NCBI RefSeq assembly: GCF_009914755.1
Contig: NC_060925.1
Source of the DNA: the human T2T-CHM13v2.0 reference genome, Homo sapiens
Length of the DNA stretch: 64,000 nucleotides
Direction: 5' to 3' (one strand)
The notes beneath the pieces are model-generated. The model did no database searches and was not told the DNA's origin. It saw only the letters and a list, made by a program, of their open reading frames with translations. Below are positions 14,073-28,900 of the stretch, piece by piece. The position numbers and the translations under genes were made by a program. Position 1 is the first letter of the stretch. Each line of letters opens with the position of its first letter.

Positions 14073-15222
14073 GAACTATTGCAGAGGGAAAATAAGGATG
14101 AAACCCCAATTGGAGTGGGTTGAAGAGAGAGTAGGATATAGCAAATATAGATAAATATTTTGATGAGTTTGGCTATAGAGGGGAGCAAAGAAAAGAATTA
14201 GCTAGCAGAAACAAGGATCATCTGGAGAAAATTTTGTTTTCTTATGGAAGGGCACTATTAAGGAATATAACAGTGACCTAATGAAAATGTGATCACTCAT
14301 AATGGGGTAGATGTAGTGGGATGGCCACACCTGAAATCACTGAAGCAGGGAAGGGGAGGAACAGCAAATATTCATGAATGATAATAGAGTTTATCATAGA
14401 TTGTTCCTTAACATATTTGTATTCACTGCTTGAAAGATGGAAATGATAGATAATGCATTATGTATCTGATTTATGCAAGAAAGATAAGAGACAACACCAT
14501 CCAGCAGATGCATTTTTAAAAGTAGGTAGGGAGTGGGGAGTTTGGCCCTAATAATAATGACAAAGACATATATACAAACACATACCATGTGCTAGGTATT
14601 GTTCTGAGTGTTTTACACTTAATTCTCACAGCTGTGTGAAAACAAATCTAAAGATTTGGCAAATTTATGTACAGTGACATATTTTAAGTTAAAAAAAGAC
14701 ATCATCTATTATTTTTTATTATTTTCCACTTTGGCCAGCCTTTTCACATTAGGTAAGAGGGTTTGTACTATACTAAATGTATACTTTTACATGCACAGAG
14801 TATCTCTTCAATGATTCATAAAAACTGGTTGTCCCTGGGGTGTGGTTTCAAGTCCTGTTGAAATCTTTCTATATTATATTAGTATGCTTAACTGAGTAAA
14901 TAATTTAACCTTTCTTTGGTGATTCAGGTTTTTGCAGTGAGTCCACAACACTTTTTGACCATTTCTTCTTCAGCAAATAGATAAAATATTAGCTTATATT
15001 CTCACCATTTGTCTCATTTAGATTAAAGTTAAATGCTAAATAAAAATTCTGGTCATTTGGGGGGCTTGTGGGAGTCTAAATAGTTGGATTTAAGATCGTC
15101 AGAATTTTACTGTCTATGATATTTGCCAGCATATATATGTCTGCTTCAGAATTATTTGACATATATTTAATTTTAAATCTTTCATTATGTGATATCCTTA
15201 TAGTATTTTCTGTCTTTGGCAG

Positions 15223-15252
15223 GAATTAAAAGGTGGAAAAGCTTATGCAAAG
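15223..15252 (+). CDS. FAM102B: FAM102B 30-nt micro-exon: ELKGGKAYAK
   Basis: tctttggcag|GAATTAAAAGGTGGAAAAGCTTATGCAAAG|gtaagc; joins SVRK to LGFADLNL in frame, as in the FAM102 family. Confidence 0.92.
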
Positions 15253-15801
15253 GTAAGCAGATGTTCTTTTAACTGTTTTGGAACATGTAATGTTGCTTAT
15301 TGCTATTTATAGGCTTAAAAATTAAATTGTTTACTCTTCTAATATCTGTTCAAGCTTGGCTCTTTTTGTATGCAACTTGGAGATTGAACAGTTGGATCTA
15401 ACAGTAAATTATAGGCATATTCTTTCTAAATGCTGATTATGGAATATTATTCTTTAGATTCAGCCTCCCTGCTAGAGGATGATCTCTAGTTTGCATTAAG
15501 CCATAGCATGTGATAATTCAAAGGATCTCACCTGGGAAGTGTTGCCAGGCCCACCTCCCCCAACTGTAAGAGGACCTGTCCTTTATGCTGTCTTAGCACT
15601 CTGTGTATACATGATCAGTACTGCTGGTTTTTACTTTTACTAGCTATGTGGAATTACTAGAGAATGTGCTCACCTTTTTGCTGACTAGAAGGAATTAGTA
15701 ACAACATTACCAGAAATTCACATAGTCCTTTTGTATTTCCAGTCTCTGTGAATGGTACCTCCATCAATCCAGTCACCTGAACTGAGAGATTGTACACTAG
15801 T

Positions 15802-15963
15802 CTTTTTTTTCCCCTAATTTTTTAAATTTTGTTTTTTATTTTTGTAGAGATGGGGTCTTGCTATGTTACCCAGGCTAGTCTTGAACTCCTGGCCTCAAGT
15901 GATCCTCCTGCCTTGGCCTCCCAAAGTGCTGAGATTACAGGCATTAACCACCATGCCTAGCCC
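15802..15963 (-). mobile_element. FLAM/Alu left monomer
   Basis: Antisense monomer; TSD tgtacactagt. Confidence 0.88.
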
Positions 15964-16459
15964 CTGTACACTAGTTTTAACTTCCATATCTACCAAACAC
16001 CCTAAATCTAGTTGGTTGCAATGCCAGGATGTTCTTTGTTAAAGTAATAGAAAACCTTCCTCAACTAGAGATTTTTCCTATGTTACAAAACAAGGAGATG
16101 TGAGATAGACTTGCTTCAAAACTGGTCAATCCACTGACTGAAGAACGTCATCAAGAACTCATTATTTTTCTCTTTCCATTCTGCCATTCTCTATGTGATG
16201 ACTTTGTTCTTGGCCAGCTCCCCTCCTGGACACCAGGTGGCTGGCTGCTTAATTTTAAGTCAACACATTCACGTATGACAAAAATCCAGCTGCTTCTCCC
16301 TGTATTACTTTTTTTTGAGTGAGGAAATGTTTCCTAGATGGCCCTCGGAGGGTTTTCCCATACCTTTCATTGGCTGGAACTAGATTATATGCCCACCGTA
16401 AACTAGTTGTGGGCAATAGGAATGGATTGCCATGGTTAGCTTAAACTAATCACAATCTA

Positions 16460-16723
<264 letters not shown>

Positions 16724-17742
16724 CTAGGCAAACAACAAGGTCTGCTGTAGTTGACCAGTCCTCTTGATTTTTCCCCTCTAAAAAGGTCTTGAAACCATAC
16801 TTTCTCTCCATTCCCAGGGCCACTGCCTCAGGTTATGCCTTCATTATTTTTTATTTACAGCCTGCACTGGCCTTCTAGAGTCTGTCTCTGTTATCTCCCT
16901 CCATCCTCCATATTATTGCCAAAATAATCTTTCTAAAATTAAAACATGATCATATCGTTCCCCCATTTTTAGTCCTTTAGCAGCTATTCATTGCTTATAA
17001 AGGAAAATGAAAATTTCTTAATTTACGTGTGTCTGGCATGTAAGACACATCTTGTCATCTCTACTGTCATCTGCACATGAACACACAAGTAAACACTCAT
17101 ACATTCATCCTTATGCCTCACACATACCACCCTCACAAACCTGGAGTATCCCATGCTATCTTAGCCTTTTGATTTGTAACTTGATGTTTTTCCTGCCATG
17201 CTTATATTTCTCCCTCCTCTTGTCCTGTCAACTCATGTATCGTTAAAGACTCAGCTTAGTCATCCCTCCCCACTGAGAACTTTTCTTTTCCTCTCTTTCT
17301 TGTAACTGTGTCTTCCTCTATCACAGCACTTTCACACTGCATTAAAGAATCTGTTCACTTTTCTATCCTCCCCTATTAAACTATAAGAGTAGGAATGACT
17401 TCCATATTACCTGAAATGTGGATGCTGAAGATTATTTCATGAATGAATTAATATCTGGGACAAATACAGCTAGTGTTTATGTATATATGCCATTTCATGA
17501 GACAGTTACTCAGTGAAGCCAAAGAAAAAATCATAAGGAAACATAGACTTTCTGGTTCTTCACTAGAATGTAAGCTCTTTCAAGGCGGAGTAGGTGTCCT
17601 GTTCATCACTGTTTCCCAGTGTCTGCAACTGAGCCTGTCATATAAAAGATGCTTGATAATATTGACTTCACTCATTAGTAACTTTTAGCCTGAAATATCA
17701 CATTGACATGCCCCACCTTTTAATATACTTTTTAATAGGGGC

Positions 17743-18108
17743 TGTCTTAGTTAGTTTGGGATGCTATAGCAGATTACCATAGATTAGGTGATTTAAACAA
17801 CGTTTATTTCCTGCAGTTCTGGAGGCTGGGAAGTCCAAGATCAAGGTGCTGGTGGATCCAGTCTGGTGAGGGCCTGCTTTCTGCTTTGCAGATGTCTGTC
17901 ATCTCATGGTGTCCTCAAATGGCAGAGAGCAGAGAAAAAGGAAGCAAGCTCTCTTTTGTCTTTTTAAAAGGGCATTAATCCATTCTTGAGGACTCCACTC
18001 TCATGACCTAATTACCTCTTATAGGCTCTGCCACCTAATACCACCCTTTTGGGGGTTAGGGTTTCAACATATGAATTTTGGGGGGACATAAACATGCAGG
18101 CATAAGAG
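17743..18108 (-). mobile_element. MaLR LTR (MLT1A-like)
   Basis: tgtcttagttagtttgggatgctatagcag...ggaggctgggaagtccaagatcaagg...tttcaacatatgaattttggggggaca. Confidence 0.8.
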
Positions 18109-18197
18109 GCACTGATCAGATTCTCCCCCTTTTTAACTTATTGACATTGTAATATACCAACATTACAATAGTAGATGGTAAGCCAATGGGCTATTGT

Positions 18198-19500
18198 TTT
18201 ATTCAACAAATATGTATTAAGTGCCAGGCACTGTTCTTGGTACTATTCTAAGTACTGGAGATACAGCAGTGAACAAAACAGACAAATCCCCTGCATTTGT
18301 GGAGCTTACATGCTAATGGAAGCAGGGGTCGTTGGAGGGACAGACAATATGCAAATATGAAATATGTGTGTACATGATGTGATAGTAACTACTAAGGAGA
18401 AAAATAGAGGGGGTAAGGGGTGGAAGGCGGTAACTACAGGGTAAGGCAGGGAAGAGGGATGTGATATAGGATGGTCAGGGAAGGCCCCTTTAGAGAGATG
18501 ACTTTTAAACATTGACCTGAATGGAGTAAAAGAGAAAGTTATAAGAAAATCCGAGAGACAGCATTTCCCGCAAAAGAACAGTAAGTGCTAAAGGCCTTGA
18601 AGTGATCTTGGCATTTTCAAGAAAGAGGACATTGTGGCTGCCAGAGTAAATGCGGAGGAGGAGGAAATGAAGTTGGCCAGGTAGCCAGGCACAGAGGAAT
18701 AGGAGACCGCAGAGAAAACTCTTCCAAGAGGAACGAGATCATGACCTTTTCAGGGACATGGATGGATCTGGAATCCATTATCCTCAGCAAACTTATGCAG
18801 GAACAGAAAACCAAACGCTGCATGTTCTCACTTATAAGTGCAAGCTGAGCAAATGTTGATCACGTGGACACAGGGAGGGGATCAGCACACACTGGGGCCT
18901 GTCGGGAGGGGGCGGGAGGAGCAAGAGCATCAGGAAAAATAGCTGTTGCATGCTGGGCTTAATACCTAGGCGATGGGTTGATAGGTGCAGTAAATCACCA
19001 TAGCAAACTATGTGACAAACCTGCACGTCCTGCACATGTACCCCAGAACTTAAAATAAAATCAAAATTTAAAAAACTCTTACAGGAAATCTTGCTGTAAA
19101 GAGGGCCAGAGAAATGGTTCAATAGCCTGGAGAGAGACAAAGGGTGAGGTTTTGTTTTGTTTTCTTTTGTTCATTAAAGTAGGAGAAAATCCAGCATGTT
19201 TGTGTGCTTTTGGAAACGATCCAGCAGAGAAGGGAAATTTTAGAATGCACAAGAGCAGAAAGCATAACTGAAGTGATTAACTTGAGTGGGTGAGAGGAGA
19301 GTGGTTGGCCTCAGACAGTGCTGTAAGTGGGAAAGCAAGCATGTGGGCACAGATGCAGGTAGGTGAGTGGATGTCACTGGCAGTAAAAGCTTATGGAAGT
19401 TAAGTGCTCTTTTGATTGCTTTAATTTTCCGATTGAAATAGGAAGTAAGGTCATCAGCAGAGAGTGAGGATGAGAAAGCGATGTTGGAGGGTCAACGAAA
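18198..19500 (-). mobile_element. L2 antisense fragment (hosts the L1PA insertion)
   Basis: attcaacaaatatgtattaagtgcc...gatacagcagtgaacaaaacagacaaatccc. Confidence 0.7.
18727..19075 (+). mobile_element. 5'-truncated L1PA 3' end inserted in an L2
   Basis: gggacatggatgga...catgttctcacttataagtg...aacctgcacgtcctgcacatgtaccccagaacttaaaataaaa; TSD-like aaaactctt(c/a)ca on both sides. Confidence 0.88.
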
Positions 19501-19648
19501 AGGATAATGTATGAATCATAATAGGGTGCACTGATAATGTGTGATCATTCATGTAAGTATTCACATGCCCAGTTGGATATGGCTTTGTCCTGGACATATC
19601 CAAGCTTTTTCTGCTGATCTTTTGCCCCTCTAAGAGAGGCAATAAGAC

Positions 19649-19960
19649 AGCTGGGCGCGGTGGCTCACACCTGTAATCCCAGCAATTTGGGAGACTAAGG
19701 CAGGCGGATCACGAGGTCAGGAGATCGAGACCATCCTGGCCAACACGGTGAAATCCCATCTCTACTAAAAATACAAAACAAAAATTAGCCAGGCGTGGTG
19801 GTGGGCGCCTGTAGTCCCAGCTACTTGGGAGGCTGAGGCAGGAGAATGGCGTGAAGCTGGGAGGCAGAGCTTGCAGTGAGCCAGAGCTTGCAGTGAGCCA
19901 AGATCGTGCCACTGCACTCCAGCCTGGGTGACAGAGCGAGACTCCATCTCAAAAAAAAAG
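19649..19960 (+). mobile_element. AluY/Sc-like with 17-bp internal duplication
   Basis: gatcacgaggtcaggagatcgagaccatcctggc diagnostic; TSD aagagaggcaataagac. Confidence 0.93.
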
Positions 19961-21177
19961 AGAGGCAATAAGACTAGAGTAACCATGTGCAAATTAGGTG
20001 GGTATTACTGCTGCCTGATGTGTGTCTGACTTATTGCATTTGGGGCTTGTGGCCCTTCAGCTGCTCTCTGGGTTCTTATTCTTACATTCTTTTTGTACCA
20101 ATTAAAAGCTATTAAAATAATGCTCCAGCCTGCAATTAAAATATTCATCTTGAATGCCATTTATATGTGCCCACTGTGTGTTTTAAAACCCTAAGGCAAA
20201 CAACTTAGAATCACAGCAGTTTTTGAAATGTATAATACTTTTTATTGTATATTTATGGAAATATGCTTAATAAGTTGCAACTCAATTCATTTTTTGTTAA
20301 TAAAAAGACTGTATATAGACTTAGCTTGCTCAAAAAATGATACAATGAGGTTGATTTGTTGTACCACATGGAAATGAGAAACAGGGTTGAGCAACAACAG
20401 AGGAAAGACTATAGGGCAACCTTTGGCAGCTGCAGAAAATGGGGACTGAACCTGAGCAGTAATAACAAGAAGGAACAGGTTTGAGCTGAACATCTGACAG
20501 CAGCAGAGAGGGTTGATGTGGGGCAGAGTTCTGAGAAAGGGAGGAATTAGGTTTCATAAAGAGAGATTTAGTTCAAGGATGATCAGCAAGGCAAATGTGG
20601 AAGGTAGTGAAAGAGAAGGCACTGGTACCAAAGAAAATAGGTGATTCACTTAAGTCACTCCAGTTCTTGCATGGGAAGTGAAAACTTAATAACCTGCAAC
20701 TATCTGCCTTCACCAGTGGTTAACTTGGCATAGAACTGGACCCAGAATAGGGAGAGAAGGGTCTAATCATTCTTCTCTATGTGTATGCAAATTATCACTC
20801 TTGGTTTGCTAGTATTTCCCACAGGGTGGTGTAAATACCACTATTTGCAATGATTTTAGCTGTTTGATACACATTATTTTTACTTTAACAGTAATATATA
20901 TTCTTTAATGTATATAGAAAAAATATATTTACCACATCAAATCTGAGTTCAAAGATCCTGTTGCTGAACGCAAGAATAGAATAAATAAATTCATATAAAA
21001 GGTGAACCAATTTAAAAACACAAAGCAAATAATAGAACAGGTATTAAGAGTCAAAAATTGCAAATAAATGAAGTTGGAGAAAACCTGTCTAGGGTATGGG
21101 TTGAATATTTATTTTAAGGAGCATATGATAGAAGCCTACTAGATAGTCTATTAATATAATTCTCTTTCTTTTCATAG

Positions 21178-21342
<165 letters not shown>

Positions 21343-22499
21343 TAAATAAGCGTATGTATATATTGTCAAGGACAAGATGTGAATCAGTGCTGATATGATA
21401 AACTGACCATACCACTGAAGTATTCATCACTTAGGGAAAAACCCCATCTAAGTCACAAATGCAGTGAAAAGTAACAAATGTTCACCTTCATGGTCCAAAG
21501 GTGTTTTTCTTTGACGTTTGAACATTCAGAGAATACATACACCACTATAACATAAGAGCTCATTGGGAGGAAGGAGCATGATGAATTAATGAATACCTTA
21601 AAATGTTTGTAGCTCCCATAAGGTGATTTACAGAGCAGCTGCGATAGGTACATAGAAGCCACTGTGTTCTCTTGTAAACTAGTGAAGTGACAGATGGAAC
21701 CCACTTCTGGGCATCTGCCCGGCTTTTTCCAAGTACCATCAGGAGCTATGTGCTCTAGTAATGAGTGCGAATGTATACTTCATAGAGTTAATTGTAGTAT
21801 TAAATGAGATTAATTGAGAAAATATTTGTAAAGTACTTTGCGCCTAGGAAACCCCATTAGATAGACCTTTTGCAGTGTTTCAGTTAGGTTACACCATGAT
21901 GGTAAGTTATCTAATAAGAAAGGAAAATAGTTCTGAGTAAAAACTGGTGTTCAAAAGTTAGTGAAGCAAAGAATTACCTGATACTCTACAGTTTTCAAAC
22001 TTTTTTGCAGCAAATCTTAAGCTCTGAACATACGAAAATGTGTAAAATGGTTATTATGGCCAGTCCAATGCATAAAGTGGTTTTTGTAACCCTCACACAA
22101 ATTTAGCAGCTGGAAAGAAAGGTGGGACAGCGAGTTGATATGGGAAGGAAAATGTTCAGAAGACAAGGAAGAAATTAGAAAAGTATCACAATATAAACTT
22201 CTGTACACATCATGTTGATTGCATAGTTTTGTGGTTTTATAACTCTAAAAAGTTTTCAAAGCACTTGCCCATATCTCCATGAGATGAACAGGGTTAGACG
22301 GATGAGGATAGATTGTTATTCACATTTTATAGATGAAGAGCTGAAACTAAAGTATCTCACAAAAGTAGTCAGTGGCAGAGCTGGGACCACAGTGCATGTC
22401 TTCTCCTGCCTGGTCAGGGTTCTTATTTCCTCGTATTTCTTATATGAAAAGATGGATAATTCTTCTCAGAATGACAATGTTTTCATTGGAAATTGAAAT

Positions 22500-23905
22500 A
22501 ACTTTTTAATTTCAGACCCCCACTTTCCTAAGAGCCAACTCATGGAGTAATTTCCTTCTGGCTTCCCATTCATCCTTCCACACCGTCTCTCCCACTTTGT
22601 CCTACAAAAAAAAATACTCTTTGAAGATCATGCCATTCAGTCATAACACTCTCTCCTTTCCTAATCTCTGCCATCTCCTGACCCCTTAGGTACCGTCTCG
22701 CTCCTATCCATTGATGACTTAGCTCCTGGCTCACAGTTTTTCTCTATATCTCTTCTCAGGTCATCATTTTTCCATAGCTTCACCATCTGTGCAGACGAGC
22801 TAGCCTTGTGGACTATCTTATCTATATTTTCTCTCCTGATAGCTGATCTTCTATGAGTCTAAGGCTTCTCGGTTCCTTAAACTCCCTATCTCCAGCAATA
22901 TTTTCCTCCTCCTCATCTCAGTTCCTACTCCCATGGTCACACTCTAGAGTCTAGACCTTTTTACTCCTAGAAACTTCACCCCCAAAAAATTTCAATTTAA
23001 AGTTTTCTTCCTCCTACCACTGTCTCTTATGTTTCCAGTCCTCTTAGTCTCCTACTCACTTAGCTATCTTTAACCTTACCACTCTCCCACTATCCATCAG
23101 CCCTGACTTGCTTCTACTTCCCTGTCTATCCAGCTTAAATTTCATGGGTCCATAAGGGCAGGAGTTCAAGACCAGTCTGGGCAACATAGTGAGAACCCCA
23201 TCTCTAAAAAAAAAAAAAAAAAAAAAAAAATACTCCTGGCTCCTCTGTCCCTGTCTCCCTGCATTGTCTGAATAATCCCCAACTTTTGTTAACTCACTTA
23301 TTAAATATCTACCCTTGCATGCTGAGCATTGCTGAAGAGAATCACACAACCAGACTAGCTGCCATTACTAAAGCCATGCTCACTGCCATCTGGCAGTCAT
23401 ACTCTACTTCCTTCATATGCTTCCTTTCTCAATTTTAGATATTCTGTCTCATACCTTTTTTCTCCTCGTATCCCAACACATTATTCTTGCTCTCAGATAC
23501 TGACCTTGCCTTATCCTATTGAGAAAACAGAAGCCATTAAACTCAAATTCCCTCATCTTCCCATCATAGACTTTACCTGCCTCTCCCGCCTTATCCTTTT
23601 TGTCTCCTGTTACAATGGATGGCATGTCCCCTCTCCTGTCAGAAGTCAGTCCTTCCTCTTGGCTTCTGGAATCCAAAGTTTGCCTAATCAAGAGCTTTAC
23701 CCCTTAGACTATCCCCTCTTCTCATCATCTCTACCTCGAATGAATCATCCTCATCAACATATAAAGAAACAGCTCCACTGTTTCCCATATTTATAAAGAA
23801 AGACAAAAATTAACCTCTCATCTTCTTCAACTACTGTCCCACATCTCTGTTCTACTTAACTATTCAGTTCCTTAAAGCTGTATGTGCCATCTCCATCTCC
23901 TTTCT
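22500..23905 (+). mobile_element. L2 sense fragment (pyrimidine-rich) with an Alu fragment at ~23156-23230
   Basis: CT-rich L2-like motifs (ctcccatggtcacactctaga; gagaaaacagaagccatt). Confidence 0.55.
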
Positions 23906-24494
23906 GAGACATCCGTGATATTCAAGAGTGCAGTTTTGATGGAGTTGGAAAGCAGACCTCAGGGTTCTATGAAAGAAGAGATGATGAGGAAATCAGTGCA
24001 GCAGGATAGATTTGGCATTTAAAGAGAAAAAAGAGTCATGGAGGTGCTGGGATGAGGAGATAGGAATGAAATAAGGCTATATAAGATACATGTCATCCAT
24101 TAGCTGCAGAACATACAACAATGTACATATTCTTGTATTCATTAAGACTATGAATTTTGCTATGTGCAGCCCTGGGATCACATCTCAGCTCTGCCCTTTA
24201 CTAGTTATCTGGTTTTTAAAATATCACTTAATCTCCCTGAGGTTAAAATGAAAATAATTGCTCTCTCCTAGGAATACTGAAAATTAAAGGAAATAATGCA
24301 TATTAAACACATAGCTTATGCCTGGCACATAATGAATTCTCAAATCATGATTGTTGTTAATGTTGTTGTTACTATTACCATTATCATTATTATTCCCATA
24401 AGAACATAAAGAGGTCCTATGACTGACTGTTAAAGGTAGTCAGCAACTAGAGAATAGCAGCATCTTAGAAAGTATTAGAAAAGCTTTAAATCCT

Positions 24495-24806
24495 GGTTGG
24501 GCACAGTGACTCACACCTATAATCCTAGCACTTTGGGAGGCCAAGGGGTAGGATCACTTGAGGCCAGGAGTTCAAGATCAGCTTGGACAACATAAGCAAG
24601 ACCTCATTTCTGCAAAAAAAAAAGAAAAAGAAAAGAATTAGCCAGGCGTAGTGTGCACCTATAGTCCCAGCTACTCAGAAGGCTGAGACAGGAAGATCAT
24701 GAGCCCAGGAGTTTAAGACTGCAGTGATCTGTGATAGCACCACTGCACTTCAGCCTGGGTGACAAAGCAAGACCTTATCTCAAGAATTAAAAAAAAAAAA
24801 AAAAAA
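24495..24806 (+). mobile_element. Alu (J-like)
   Basis: Alu consensus with A tail. Confidence 0.9.
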
Positions 24807-25120
24807 GTTTTAAATTCTGATCTAAAGCTGGAACAAAGGTCAGAAGCTTTTTACTCTTAGAAGCCACCAGCTGGCATCCCTTGAAACATCAATGTGGCAA
24901 CTTGAAGGAAAACATTACCAGACACTTAGGTACCACAGGAATTTGGGAGTAAAGACAGATAGATTAGCACAGCCACACACCCACAGGATTATTACTGGTA
25001 AATTATTATTGCTATTTGTTTCCATTATTTCCATTCAGATTTTTGCAATTTTGAGGTTTTGAATGTTAAAAATGATTTTAATCTATATGGAGCAGTAATT
25101 GAATATTGAATATAACCCAC

Positions 25121-25256
25121 TTCTTCTTTTTTTTTTTTTTTTTTAATAGAGACAGGGTCTTGCTCTGTTGCCTAGGCGGGAGTGCAGTGGCATGACCATA
25201 GCTTACTATAACCTCAAACTCCTGGGCTCAAACAATCCTCCTGCCTTAGCCTCCCG
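25121..25256 (-). mobile_element. Alu right-arm fragment
   Basis: Antisense; TSD-like atataaccca. Confidence 0.85.
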
Positions 25257-25382
25257 TGGATATAACCCAATTCAACAATCATTTTATTTAATGCTTTCCC
25301 AATAGAAAATATCGGACTAAGTGCTGTGAAGGAAGCATTTTATAATTTTTTATAATCGTGATATTTCTTGTTTTATATTTAG

Positions 25383-25429
25383 GTTTTGATCAGTATGCAA
25401 CTGATGTCTGGTGACCCATGTTTTAAAAC
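25383..25429 (+). CDS. FAM102B: FAM102B coding exon: VLISMQLMSGDPCFK(T)
   Basis: ttttatatttag acceptor, AC|gtaagt donor; 47 nt; SGDPCFKT family motif. Confidence 0.92.
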
Positions 25430-25707
25430 GTAAGTTGATACCCAATAAATGGATTATGTATCTAAAAGTATAAGAAAGATTTATTTGTTTAAATTTTTAC
25501 ATTAATATTTTGTAGTGCTTATAAGAAAATACCAGTTAAGGGATAGTTTCTTCCCTGGGAGACTGACCTGACCCTCTTAGAAGTTATGTTTACCTATTAC
25601 CAAATGAGTTCTCCATACTCCAAATTATTAATGCTATAGGTCTTTCATCATCTTCAGGTTTTGCGTAAAATTATATAAGCAAAAATTTTTAATACGGCTT
25701 CTGTGAA

Positions 25708-27470
25708 CATATTCATTTCTTCAATAAACACCTATTAAGTGCCTTACCATGTGTTAGGCCATATTCTAGATACTAGAGAAACAGCTGTGAAAAAAATAGA
25801 TTAAGTCCCTGCCATCCTGGAGCTTATATTCTAAGAGGAAAATGGACAATAAGCTAACAAGTAAATATATAATATACAAACGGTTCATAAGCGCTTTGGA
25901 GAAAAAGGATGGGAGGGCCATCGTGAAGAGAAGTGTTGCTATTCTATATATAGTAGTCAGGGGAGGCCCCCCCCGGTAAAGATGATATTTGAGTAGAGAC
26001 CTGAAGGAGGTGGGAAGCAAGTCACACTGGCATTAGGGGGAAGAGTATTTGAGGTAGAGGAAACAAGGACAAAGACCTTGAGGGAGAAGTGTTCTTGGCA
26101 CGTTCAAGTAGCTGCCTGGAGAGCAGCGGGTCTAAAGCAGAGTGAATGAAGAGGCGGGTGATAGGAGATGAGGTCAGATGATAAGGAGTCTTGTGGCCAT
26201 TATAAAAAGGACTGCCACTCACACTCTGAGTGAGATAGAAAAGCTATTGGAGGTTTTGAGCAGAGGAGTAAAATTATCTGACTTGTGGCTGCTAGATAGG
26301 GAATAGACAATCTGTAGGAGTAACAGAGAGGACAGGGACACAAATAAGTAGATAAAAGGCTGTTTTCAGTAATCCAAGGTTTTAAGCCTGAGTAACTGGA
26401 AGAATGGTGCTCTCATTTGTTGAGATGAGAAAGACAAGAGGAACAAATTGGGAGCTTGGGTGTTAGACGTTTTAAATTGGAGATCCCTATTTAACATCCA
26501 GCGGGGCATGTCAAGTAGGCAATTGGTGGATAGATCAACTAGAGTCCAGTGGGGAGATCTGGGCAGGAGATAGAAGTTTGGAAATTATTACATCATCAGC
26601 ATACAGGTAGTAATTAAAGCCATGAGACTTGAATAAGTAACTAGAGGGAACGAGTAGAGATGGAAAAGAACCAGAGACTGAGGTGGGGACACCCCAGCGT
26701 GTTAGAGGTCGGGGAGATTGGGAAGAAGAATGAGCAAAGAAACCACCAGTGTGATCAGAGGAGGAAAGCAAAGCAGAGTCCTGTCCTGAAAACCAAATGA
26801 AGAAACGGCCTCAGAAAGGCAGGAATAAGCACCTGTGTCACACGCTGCTGGAGTGGGTCTCAGAAAATGAGGACTGAGGATTGACCTTTGGAATTTGCAG
26901 TATAGAGACTATTGATGACTTTGGCAGGCACTTTGGTAGAATGCCCTTAGACTAAAGCCTTTTGAGCATGGGTTAAAGAGAGTTTGGGAGGAGAAAAATT
27001 GGAGACAGTGAGTATAAACAATTCTTATGAGGGGTTTTGCTATAAAAAAGAAACAGAAAGATGGGGTCATAAGTAAAGAGAGGATTTGGAGTAGGGCAGG
27101 TTTTATTCATTTTTAAGATGGAAGATGATATAACATATTTGAGTACCGATAGTATTGGCTCAACAAGAGGGAAAAACTGATGATCCAGAAAAGGGACTGT
27201 TGCTAGAACAGCGCCCTTGGATTGTTGGAGGGAGGAAGGCAGAGAACATGGCTACTGACGCAGGTAGAGGAGAAATGGAAGCATATAGAAGTTCTTTTCC
27301 AGTTGCTTCTGATTTCTTAGTGAAATAGGAAACAAGATGCTCATTGAAGAGCAAGGACAGGGAAGATAGAGGAAGGGGTTTGAAGAAAGGAAAAGGTGTG
27401 CAGAAGTCCTCACAGAGAGTGAGCGTGAATGGAACAGGGAAATGCAGGATTGCCTGTCAGCAGCCTTGAG
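25708..27470 (-). mobile_element. L2 (L2a-like) long antisense fragment
   Basis: Starts with the L2 3'-end complement cattcatttcttcaataaacac; purine-rich L2 motifs such as ctattggaggttttgagcagaggag. Confidence 0.75.
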
Positions 27471-27611
27471 GACACTTAATGATTAAAAGTGAAAGTTCAT
27501 TGATACCATTGAAATATCTGAGAAAAATACACATAGAAAACTAAAGAAAACATTACCTCCCTATGTATCAACTTCATGTTTTTAATAGCTGTAACTTAGA
27601 AAGCAACATTT

Positions 27612-27853
27612 GGCCGGGCTCGGTGGCTCACGCCTGTAATCCCAGTACTTTGGGAGGCCGAGGCAGGAGGATCACTCTACAAAAAATACAAAAATCAGGC
27701 GTGGTGATGCACACCTGTGGTTCCAGCTACTTGGGAGGCTAAGGGGAGGATTGCTTGAGCCTGGGAAGTGGAGGTTGCAGTGAGCCAAGATTGCACCACT
27801 ATACTCCAGCCTGGGTGACAGAGCAAGCCCCTGTCTCAAAAAAAAAAAAAAAA
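27612..27853 (+). mobile_element. Alu with internal deletion in the left arm
   Basis: gaggatcac joins directly to tctacaaaaaatacaaaaa. Confidence 0.9.
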
Positions 27854-28607
27854 TCAATTCTTGATTAAAACCACACATCTTCCTATAACTTAGCCTTCCT
27901 GTGCTGTCTTCTGATAAACCATGGTTTCCTGACTCCTTTATTTTCTGCTTTCTTGGGATTAAACCAATTTTGCTATACTATTTTTGGTGTCTCAGGTAAC
28001 TGTTTTTCTATTGGAGTAAGATTTAGGGTAAAATAAGAAAATGAGCAGCAAAACTTAGTAGAAGAAAATAAATTGATCGTTCCTTCTCATGAACTTTTTA
28101 TGGATATTCCCTTTCTTGCCCTTTCTCTTCCCTTTTCTCTCTCTACTTAAACTCACATATTGAAGAGCTTGAAAGTAGATCATCTAATGTTTTATATTAT
28201 CTCCATAAATTTAATTCTGACAATCTGGAGTTTATATTTACAGAGAAAGACTTTTGTAATTCATAAAAATAAGCAGACATTACCTAATTCCAAATACATA
28301 AAATATTTTTCAAGAGAATCAAACCCTCAGTAGTTTTTCTTTTCTCTTTGAAATTGTTCAAATGTCATTGAAAAAGGGGAAATTCTAACACATTCATACA
28401 CTTGCACATACTGAATATGTACTGAATAGAAAAACATTTTAACTACTGATGTAAAAAGTAAATTAGTTTTATCAAGTTATATTTAAATATATGTCAAATA
28501 TGTAAAGTCACATTACTTTAGAGCTGAAAAGAATGTTGGAAGTTGTCTAATCCAGTGATTTTTTTAGACTATTTAGCTACAAAATCCTTTGCTCAAATAT
28601 ATTATGA

Positions 28608-28900
<293 letters not shown>

